Origin: Azolla caroliniana
Taxonomy: Eukaryota; Plantae; Polypodiophyta
DNA length: 64,000 bases
Assembly: GCA_043228905.1 (NCBI GenBank)
Contig: JBHGNT010000002.1
Span: 10,044,001-10,108,000 of the forward strand
Direction: 5' to 3'
How positions within the stretch are numbered: the first letter of the stretch is position 1; the number at the start of each line of letters is the position of its first letter. The notes below the pieces were generated by a model. That model did no database searches. It saw only the letters and a list, made by a program, of their open reading frames with translations, and was not told the DNA's origin. The translations under genes were made by a program, and so were the position numbers. Positions 1 through 10,285 of the stretch are shown here, piece after piece.

Positions 1-3000
1 AAGGATCACAAAGAAAGATTTAGTTTCTATTTATCCATCTACATGCTTGCGTGGTTTCATGAACAGCATCTGCTTTGATATTATTGATGTTTAGGAAACC
101 TAAATCTTTTATCATATGGGTTAACCTGAAGCTCCTCATAATCCTCATAATTTGTTGTGATTTGTCTCATCATTTGCCTGAAGCAACCTATTCGTTGATA
201 TTCCGGTTTTTTGTAAACTTAAGTGGGAGAAATATGTTTGACCTGGATACTGAACCATCTACAAAGTTCTGCCTTCTCCACTTCTATTTAGGTGGATTTT
301 TATAAGATAGAGCATTCAATAAATTTGTGGGTCCTTTTTACCCGCTTTTGCATGTATACAGGATTACATGGAGAAATGTGGAAATATATCATAAACTGAT
401 ATACTTGTGAAATGGTGCAGGAGAGCGTTTTCAGTCGGAAAAGGAGTTTCCGAAATAAGCTGAAAAAAGCTGGTATTAGTGTGTTTTTTTAAGTTCATTT
501 AAGTTCTAATGCTCAGCAAGTGATCAAATGTCATTCACTTGAAGAAAATAACTTTACATGCACAATTTTTTCTTATTAAAAAGATTAGCTGTGTAAATTT
601 ACTTCAGTGTTTCAGATTCAGTGGAAACCTTAAAGAGTTAGTTTGACCATTAGTAGGTTTTTTAAAAAATGTTCTGTTTTACAGCAATGATTGCTCGATG
701 ACTTTCAAGAACTAGATTTGGGGTGTATTTAGCAATAAGTTGTGGAAAACGTCATCTCCAAGGTAAAATTATTCGTTCCTGGATATGGTGGATTAAATGT
801 GTTTTTTGGTGTTTTTGTAAGGTGACTAAGCTTTCAATATACTTGGTGGACATCATTTGTTTTGACAGTAGCCAGAAAATTATCTGAAGTATCTTCTTAA
901 AGAATGTTTCTGGCATGAGGACTCGTTATGGATCTATCCGTGTTCAGAGACACATTGTTTGTGTCTTCTTTTTTATCAGTGATCAATGGCCTGTATGGAA
1001 GCTAAAGCCTAAGTATCTATTATTCTATTTTACTTTTTTTTATCAGTGATCAACGACCTGTATGGGTGAGAAATGTGAATTGTAACTCTGGTCACCATGT
1101 TGTGAGTTAGGTTGGAGAAAACTTGGACTCATATTTGGGCCCTTGGGAAGCTTTCCATGTAGGCAGTGGCAAACAAGAAATTGAGGAAAGATAATGCTGG
1201 AAACAGGAAATTGAGAATAATTAACTTTTGACTGTTTGAACAAATAATGCTGAATAAAGGAACACTTTGTATTCAGTAAATTGATCAATGTTGAAAGGTG
1301 GTTTATAAAATAGTGTGATTTCATGCATGATCCTCTTATATTTATAGGATTTCGAAACCCAAAAGAAAGAAATCTGAATTCTTAAAATAAGACAATTTCT
1401 ATGCTTGCCGTTACTTTGTTGGTCAAACTTTGATGTATATAGGCATGTATACATACTCCAAAGCACTTGAAAGATCAGGCCTTTGAATTTATGCCTTCAG
1501 GAATCTTCACTTTGAATGGAGATACTGTATAGCAGTGAAATCCACTAGTTCACATGTGAGAAACAAACTTCATGCTTACTAAATGTGCATTTTGAAAAAC
1601 CTTTGAATGTGTTGGTTAATGTGTAAACAAACCCAAGTGATGTGGAAAGTGCAATGCCCCTTGGTAATGTCTAAAATGCCAACAGACACATCACTAGGCA
1701 AATGCTTGGCCTCTTTAACGAATGTGACTACGATATGTTTGGCTTGTGGACATGTCATCACCTCCTCAGTACTTGTAGGTGTCATGACATTTGTTTCATT
1801 TGGGTTGGCTTACTTCTTGTGTTGGTGACATGAATTGCAGGCTCTGATGTGCAATTTTAGTTTGGGTAGCCCAAGCATTTGACGAGGTAAGCAGTTGGTT
1901 CTAGTAGCAATGTGCGCAGAGTATTTGCTCCACTTTGTATTTTTCATGACCCCAAACTTCCATAGGTGAGAGTGGTGGTTGTGTGCTTAGGTCCTATGAG
2001 TGACATGTGGAACGCATGGTGCCACAACTCGGGTCCTATTGGTGGCATGTGGAACACATGGTGCAACACACATGGTGGGTCAATTAAAATTCATAAACAA
2101 AAAGGTTGATGGGGATTTGTCCAATGCATGTACGATCAAGCTTGTTGGATGGGCGTGTTGTCTACATTTGGAATAGACGGTGCAACACACATGGTGGGCC
2201 ACAACTAAAGTTCATAAGCAACAAGGTTGATGCGCTTGTTGCATGGGTGTATCGTCATGATGTTGTTGCATGTCAACCATACCTTGTTGCCAACCTTTAT
2301 TATGGGTTCAAGGTATCAATGAGCATCTACATGCTTCTTATAGCATGTTCAAGTTGGCCATACATAGCCATTGACTGGCATGTGAATTTCATGGAGTTGG
2401 TGCTTGTGCTTCAACAATGGAATTTGTTCTTGGTGGGGTGGTTGCCATCAATAACTGTGGATTGAAACCATAATTGGCTATGAATGGTGACATGCCAATC
2501 AATTTGTGATGATCATTGTTGTACACGAACTTGACAAATGGTAGGAGCTTGGGTCCGTTGTCTTGGTTGGAGTCTACAATGTAATGTATGTACTAGTTCT
2601 ATGGACACTTCGTGATGACCATTGGTTTGTGGGTGAGATAATCTCATTCCATCACAATCTTATGAAAAAGTTGGGAACTTTTTCATTTTTCTTAGAGCCT
2701 TGTTTTACCCTTCTATGTTGTTGCTTAAAGTTTTTATACTTCGTCATTCAATTGATTTGTAACACTTTCTCACCTTCCGTTTCATTTTGATTCCAAAATT
2801 AAAGTCACATGATCGTCCGTGATGAACTTTTGCCTTTTGGGTCTTTCTCCACATCACATGCCTAGCCCTTCTAGAAGTACAAACAAATATGGGCTTAACA
2901 TGTTCCATCAATGGCATCTAACCTATGCTCATTTTAGAGGATTGTGCTCTACCCCAATGAATCCATGCCATTTCAATGTACCTGGATGCCAACGAAAAAT

Positions 3001-3933
3001 CCATTCATGGTTTGTGAAACGAACTAGATGGTGGATCTAGTCATGCCTTGATCATGATTTACTAGGCTTATATAAATTTGCTTACGTAGCCCCTATTCAA
3101 CTCATCCTAGCCCTCGTCGTGAGGGAAATTTCCCTCAAGGCTTCACATCAAGTCTTTACCATTAAAGTGTGCTTGAGTAAGGTTAGGAAGAACATTCCCA
3201 ATGTGAACCTCTCCAATATTGTTATTGATGTCTTCATGTTACACAACCTCTTAACGTTACACTAGTGAATCCCCAATCCAAAGCTTAAAGTTATTAGCAC
3301 TCCTCGAAAGCCCATGAAGACAAAGTTGATGTTCCCATGTCTATGACATAAATAGTTAAAGCAAGTAATTAGTTTGGGTTTCAAGTAGTGTGACAAAATA
3401 AGATTCATATTATTAAACCCATAAAGATACCTCACATTTGCAAGGATTCTCTAAAACTGAAGGATAAGCATGTTCTTAAGCCATCATGGAAACATAGATA
3501 GGGTTGAAAGTTACTCAATGCCAATTTTGTTGTTTTCTTGTTTTACATATTAACTCGCATCACATATACAATGCGTTGTAAACCATGTGGGATGGTGACT
3601 CATCACATGACCCTCCCACTTGAGTTACCTGGTGGAAAATTATGCTTGCTAGTGGTATCATGGTTTAGTTTCCGCCTCACCAAAGAATTATAATTGCCCA
3701 TAAGCATTTCTATGACATCAAGGGTAGAACCTTAGTTCGTGAAGTCAATAAAAAAATTGTGAATGTGGGTCGAAGGTCTGAAGGGCTAGGGAGATTGTGG
3801 GGCATGACAAACACTAGAATTGGGAGGGAAATAAAGAGGCTCATGAAACATATCCTTTTTTCATATGAATCATTGGCTTTGAGTTGTGCCTTGTCTAGGA
3901 TGAAAGGATCCTAGAAGTCTTTGTCACACTTTG

Positions 3934-4617
3934 TGATGGGATTGGATCACAAATATATGAGAAAGACAGACTCGAAATACACAATAACGCGGAAAAACAA
4001 CAAATGCACAAAAAACACAGTTTTTAACGTGGAAACCCTAAACGGGAAAAACCATGGGAACAGAGGTTCACTATATCAGAAATATACATGACAGAGTAAG
4101 TTACAACACTCTTCCTCAATGCAGAGTGTATTAGCCACATCAGGCTCTTGATGTCTAGTCTTAGCTATGATGCCGCTCACGTTCTCTCTCTCTCAATCCT
4201 TGTCTCTCTCTGTTACACTCTACAGAAACTCTATTCTGCATGTTCTGTTCTATATCCCTATGTTTGCCCTAAGTCTATTTATACTTATACATAGTATGGC
4301 CTATTTACAAATGTAGCCTCTACTATTATCATTCTATTATTATAGTAGTAGTTAATCAACCGACTGGTAGTCGACTCTTATGTGGATTGTTTTGTCGGCC
4401 CGACTAGTCGGCCTTGTTGTCGACCATTTGGTCTTCCCGATTAGTCAGTCGCGTCTTCAACTTGGATCACTTATATATAGTCAACTCTCCATGTCAACTA
4501 TCCGTGTCTTCGACTGTCAGCTCTTAGCCCGAACAGTCGGCTACTCCTTGTCTTCAACTGTAGGCTCTTACTCAGCCAAACAGTCGGCTCTCCCACAGGA
4601 GGGACATATACCTAACA
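3934..4617 (-). repeat. 3' LTR of copia A
   Basis: TG...CA ends. Follows the polypurine tract GAGTGAAGGGGGAG (minus). Left end matches the sequence next to the PBS at 42213. Confidence 0.8.
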
Positions 4618-5658
4618 AACTCCCCCTTCACTCTTGTGCGTGGAGTCGGTTAGTCCTGTCTTCAGTCGATAGACTCTGAGTTTGTCCATCGGTAGGTTCT
4701 TCGTGAGCATGTCAGATCCATTGTTGTCAATATGGATCTTTACAAGGGTAAACTCTCCTTCTTCCACTTTCTCCCACAACCAGTGATACCTCCTTTGTAT
4801 ATGTTTGGTCCGGGAGTGGTACGTAACATTCTTGGCTAGGTGTATGGTGCTCTGGCTCTCACAATGAAGCAAGAACTCCATTTGCTTCATTCCCAAATAA
4901 CTGAGAAAGTTTCTCATCCAAACAAAGCTCTTTGTTGGCTTCTACTGCTGCCATATACTCTATATATGTGGTTGACAAAGCCACATATTTCTAAAGTCAT
5001 GACTGCCACGACATTGCTGCCCCTGCATAGATCATCACGTACCTTGAAGTGGATCGACTTGAGTCTACATCCCTCGACATGTCCGAGTCGGTAAACCCTT
5101 CGAGCATAGGTTTTCCGACACCATACCTAAGGCACATTCTCGAGGTGCCTTTCAAGTACCTGAGTATCCACTTTACTGCTGCCCATTGTTCTTTACCTGA
5201 ATTACTCATGTATTGGCTCAACAAATGTTATGTCTGGTCTCATACAGATCATAACATACATTAAACTGCCGACGGCCGAGGCATATGGTACTTTCCTCAT
5301 CTCGGCCTTTTCCTTCTCGCTCGTTGGACTTCGTTTAGCATTCAATCTGCATTTTGTTAGTAACACAAAGACAACTGGCTTTGCTTCCGACAGGTTGAAT
5401 CTCTCCAAGATCATTGTCACATATTTCTCTTGTGACAACCACAACACTTTCTTAGTTCTATCTCAAACTGTGTGCATCCCCAAAATCTGTTTGGCCGGTC
5501 CAAGATCTTTCATGGAAATGATTTGCCTAGTGTTTACTTCAAGCTCACGATCCTCTTCGTGTCTTGTCCAACTATCAACATGTCATCCATGTCATATAAT
5601 AAGAGAATCAAGAAGTCACCTTCATTGTACCTTTTGACGAACACACAATGATCAGCTA
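4612..5658 (-). pseudogene. copia A pol: RT C-terminal half and RNase H, frameshifted
   Basis: Motifs ADHCVFVK, LSQEKYV, VPYASAVGSLMY, FTDSDM, HSRTKHIQRRYHW, SDMLTK. Confidence 0.9.
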
Positions 5659-5694
5659 AACACGTTCGCGTTCACAAGTGGAAGGATCGCGCAT
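5659..5694 (+). repeat. left terminal inverted repeat
   Basis: AACACGTTCGCGTTCACAAGTGGAAGGATCGCGCAT. Confidence 0.93.
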
Positions 5695-6016
5695 AAATGG
5701 AAGGATAAGGGAAATTTTAGGGCTTTTTCAATGATTTTACAAAACACATTGATACCAGTATCATACATGTTCAAACATACTATGAAAAAGGTTAAAAATC
5801 CACTATTTTCGTGATTTAAAAGTAACTAAAAAAAGACGAATTTCAAAAAGATACATTCTCAATTTATATCACAAACTTTACAACCAATGTTATTTTATAA
5901 GAAACGATTTTTTAGAAATCATAAGAATTCAAAACACATGCTTTTATATTACTCGATTTGTTACAAGCGGAATGTAGTTACACTTAATAGCCAAATATAC
6001 ATTCATGATCACTCCT

Positions 6017-8797
6017 TTACGGAGAATCACTACTATAACTAATATACAATGACGATTCCTCCTCATCATCCTCGGATGTACCAATCAGTGCATTATCTTC
6101 ATCATAAACCAAATGGTTTGACTCTAGATTATATGTAGCAGATCTCGTTTGCCTTTGACTCGAGCCACCTTGTAGACCTGGTAATTTTTCTTTTATTATA
6201 TCTATTGTTGACTTCCTTAATCGTCCGGCTTTTGTAAGTGTGAAGTCGTACACGATGATATCCACATCAGAGATATCAAGGGTCGAGGTGTTACGAATGT
6301 TTTGCTTCCTCTTCCTACCTCCCCTTCTTGTTGGGCATTCAATCATCTCCAATGTATACTTACCTGTAAAAGCATTTGCACTTCTAGTGTTGTACCAATG
6401 AACATTTATAGACTTGATCGTGTTTTCTATTTCATGCATTAGCACTTCTAGAATTTTACCAACCCAAAATTGGTGGCCATGTGAGTTCTCATCAGCCGGC
6501 GTTGCAATCAACATCCCTGCGGTGAGCTCTTGCAAATTGCCTTGCCATCTAGCTTCGGCTGCTTTGGTCATACTTGGTCCCACATAAATGTCTCTCTGTT
6601 GTGGATGGACTAAGCTGTCATTAATCGCATTTACTAGTTGCTCCGAAGTTCTATTTATGCGATCATGTTGCAGCGACCATGTGAATGGCGTTTCCAAATT
6701 CCAATTATCAACAGATACACAATTGTCTATAATTTCTTTCTGATCACTATAAAATACATCCCACCATGACGTGTCTTGTTATGTGGCATATTTCTTGGCG
6801 GCCTCAATATGCTTTCTTTTTTCTTCTAAGGCTTGGAGCCATGACCGTTTTTGTTCTGATACCAAGTCGCTCTGCAACTGTCCTTTCTTCTCAATTGGCA
6901 TTTGCTTAGCTCCATGGACAATTGTACTCGGCATACAAAGTAATAACTGGCAACCACCTTCAGGTTCCCATGTTGTAGAAGATGAATATTGTTTAGCATA
7001 CAAAAGTGTAGAACCACTTATTCCATTTTTCTTTATCATAAAAATGTGATTGAAACTTATATTGTTTAACTGAGCAAGCACTTTAACATTCCCACCACCC
7101 CCATCTAATATATATCTCTTAAAGTCATATACCTCCTTCAAGTGTAACACTTTTGGGCGTGGTGTATATGCATCACAAATGACATCAAATAGTTTAGGTA
7201 AAGTGAAAGCATCATGCCGAGACAACTGTTTGGAGAATGTGCTAAACATCTTATCTATATGGTCATGTGTGTGGCCAACCAAAAGGAAATTGACTTTCAC
7301 TTTCCTAAACAATTCTTGGTTGACCAACATACTTAGATAGCCAAATACAATTGAATTTTTGTTCTCTCTAGTAGTATTGTCCAATTGAATGTATAGAACA
7401 GGGGGGAAAGGTTGGCCCCAAGACATCAAAACTCGGTGAATCACTGTAACTATTAGGTTAGGGTCATTGTGAACATTGGGGTAAGTAATGAAGACGTGAG
7501 GTTGAACAAACCTATTATAAGCCAAGCATCCCACCAAGTGCATTTGAACAAGGCACTCATCATTGACATCTTTGGGGAGCCTCCGCATATGCGGCAAGCA
7601 TGTCTTCTTCTAGTCCATGCCATCTATCATTAAGCACATGTATTGTTCGGGCCTCTTCAAACACTTCTCTCTATGATGCATCGCCTTCTTTCGTTCTAAG
7701 GATTGTGCCTCACGATGCTCTTGTAGTAACTTCTTACTCGTATCCTTTTCCATTGATGTCTTTGCACCTTTAGCCAAACTTTTAAGATTTGCACAAATGG
7801 AGCAATACCCCATACGTACTTTACGAGGAATAATAACATTTGAAAACCGAGCTCTCCATAATCTTGTGAATTGGCTATAGGTGATAGACTTATTACGTGA
7901 GCCCAGCATATCAGATCGATAGACATCATAAACTTCCCGACGTGTATAATTATCAGAAAGGTGCATCCTACCTGTAGTGGGCATTACTTCACAATTTAAC
8001 TGAAAGTAAGTTTTCATCCAACCAATAGCATGTCTTCCAATTGCACCTTTCATACTTGGAACCTCTTTACAATTGAGCATCGGATCCCCGCTAAGTAGAC
8101 GTTGTTGTACTCTATGTAGCTGCATGTTACTAACACATAACACAATTTTGAATGCAACTCTACATATCTGTTGCGCATGGAAGATATAATACTCAAATGA
8201 TACTTTGATCCCTGTACATTTGTCAGATACTAGTTGCATATGTGACCCGAGGTAAGTGTCTTGCTCATCACCGGTCATCAAAAAATAGTATCGCCTTAAT
8301 TCTCGCAACTTTGATTTTCCAATCATAGACATACAACCACAGGCACAACATATTTTTTTGACATCAAATCCAATCTGTTTATCTGATGTCACCAAGCTAA
8401 ATCTAGCTAGACGAATTCTTCGTGGGATTCTTCTAATATGCATAGGGCTCCCAGATTTCTCTTCCTGCATAGAGGTTGGTGTAACCTTGTTACAATCTAA
8501 TTCTCTGTTGTGACCATCGCCAATGTTATTCAATGTTTCCTGGGCACTACCTTCATTCTCCGTATCTTTATTAATATCGTATTCTTCAATAGAGAACTCT
8601 TCACATGTGTCATTATTTACATTCCCTGTAGATGAGCTCAAACAATATTCTTCGATAGAATATGGTGAGTCTGTCGACAGACAATATTCTTCAATCGAAT
8701 ATGGTGACTCTGTCGACAAACAATACTCTTCAGTAGAAAACGATGAGTCTAATGACAAACAATATTCTTCAATCGAGAACGGTGAATCTTCACTCAT
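6017..8797 (-). pseudogene. Sola-like DDD transposase, ~926 aa, intronless, two premature stops
   Basis: ORFs 8797-7610, 7597-6779 and 6697-6017 share one frame, broken only by TAG (7610-7612) and TAA (6779-6781), both likely from Gln codons. Candidate catalytic motifs IDGMD, YIQLDNTTRENKN and FLLVGHTHDHIDKMFS. Upstream Cys/His motifs CCACGC, ICRVAF and YCSICANLK..H. Confidence 0.85.
8640..8790 (-). repeat. 39-bp coding tandem repeat (13-aa SPYSIEEYCLSTD-type unit x4) at the transposase N-terminus
   Basis: Translation: SPFSIEEYCLSLD SSFSTEEYCLSTE SPYSIEEYCLSTD SPYSIEEYCLSSS. Confidence 0.9.
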
Positions 8798-9658
8798 GGC
8801 TTAAGGTCTAGATAGGGCTCTGTAAGTTATGTGCTTAGGGTAAGGAAAAAAACTAAGAAGCTCCTCTCTAAACATATACTCCTCTCTAAACATAAACTTC
8901 TCTCTAAACAAAAGCCAAATCAATAGAATGTCTATATTATGTAATATTATATTAATACAATAAATAAAATTTTTATTTTTAATAAAGTAATTGTATTTAA
9001 AATATCAATTATTATTTAAACTACATCTATATGAAGTTAAATCAAGTATAATATAAATCTAATCATTAACAAGCCATAAATATGTTGGATTAATGTTAAA
9101 ATCATTGGCTAATTAATGGCACCCATTTTGATATAGAACCTCTCACTCATTGGTTCTTTAATGCTCACCATTTTCAATATTAGACTTATCAATCATTGGT
9201 TAATTCATGCCCACATCTTTAATACACAACATTTGAGAGTCATAAAAATTGTTGCTTTTAGTAATCAATCATTGGTACATTCATGAACCTCTATCATTGT
9301 CTCCTTCATGACCTTTGAAGTCATTGCAGGTTGTTATGACTATAAAAGATTGATCAATATGTTAGTTTGACTTTGTAATCATTAATGCAATCATAAGTTA
9401 CTCTAGTTAATGTGACTGTGGTTACCAATTAACTATCCTCAAACTTACCAACCTTGGTTAAGGTGACTATGGTTACTTTAACCAATGTGGTCAATCCCTA
9501 TAAATAGGAAGACCTCGTCATATTTCACTCACAAGTGCGTACAGAGCGTACAGAGCACACAGAACGTACAGAGTACATAGAACGTACAGAGCACACAAAG
9601 CACACAGAGCACAAAGCACAAAAGCGCGATCTCCGCCTCAGCTGCCACACGATCAACC
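8798..9658. promoter_or_regulatory. divergent promoter region between the transposase and the methyltransferase gene
   Basis: TATAAATA at 9499-9506, ~150 bp upstream of ATG 9659. TCATTGG (CCAAT on minus) recurs near 9104, 9149, 9195 and 9271. CTCTCTAAACA x3 at 8861-8910. Confidence 0.55.
9540..9625 (+). repeat. degenerate 9-bp tandem repeat (ACAGAGCAC/ACAGAACGT) in the predicted 5' UTR
   Basis: About 9-10 imperfect copies between the TATA box and ATG 9659. Confidence 0.75.
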
Positions 9659-9743
9659 ATGTCTTCAAAGAGAATCGAGCGCGAGGACTCCAGGTAGGCC
9701 TCTGACACTGTGGACATTTTTGTAAATATTTTTTGTCGCTCAA

Positions 9744-10285
9744 GAACTCGATACGCCGTATCGAGTTCCTGTATACAATACAAACTTTATACAGGAACTC
9801 GATACGGCGTATCGAGTTCATAATTTTTTTTTGCTTTTTAAACAGGAACTCGATACGGCGTATCGAGTCCCTGTTTAAAACCTACACTTTAAACACGAAC
9901 TCGATACGGCGTATCGAGTTCGTGTTTAAAATCCAAACTTTAAGCAGGAACTCGATACGGCGTATCGAGTTCCTGTTTAAAACCTAAACTTTAAACGGGA
10001 ACTCGATATGCCGTATCAAGTTCCTGTGCTTTCTTTGCTTTTTAAACAGGAACTCGATACGGCGTATCGAGTTCCCGTTTAGTGTTTAAAACCTAAACTT
10101 TAAACGGGAACTCGATACGTCGTATCGAGTTCCTGTTTAAAAAGCAAAGAAAGCACAAGAACTCGATACGGCGTATCGAGTTCCCGTTTAAAGTTTAGGT
10201 TTTAAACAGGAACTCGACACGCCGTATCGAGTTCCCATTTAAAACCTAAACTTTAAACGGGAACTCGATACGGCGTATCGACTTC
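9744..10285. repeat. array of 11 x 25-bp palindromes GAACTCGATACG-N-CGTATCGAGTTC at 51-bp period, inside intron 1
   Basis: Copies start at 9744, 9795, 9846, 9897, 9948, 9999, 10050, 10108, 10159, 10210 and 10261. Spacers are AT-rich, 26 bp (one is 33 bp). Confidence 0.95.

Noticed and set aside
1-3930. Short ORFs and short imperfect repeats (about 970-1070 and 2005-2200)
   Set aside because: No recognisable motif or consistent exon chain. Probably intergenic DNA or very old TE debris, and I cannot support a call.
9525-9987. ORFs with repeated NSIRRIEF on both strands
   Set aside because: An artefact of a 51-bp (17-codon) palindromic repeat. The region is intronic in the gene model.
9744-10285. 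CRISPR array (palindromic repeats with constant-length spacers)
   Set aside because: The spacers are variants or reverse complements of each other rather than unique sequences. There are no cas genes, and the array lies in a spliceosomal intron of a eukaryotic transposon.
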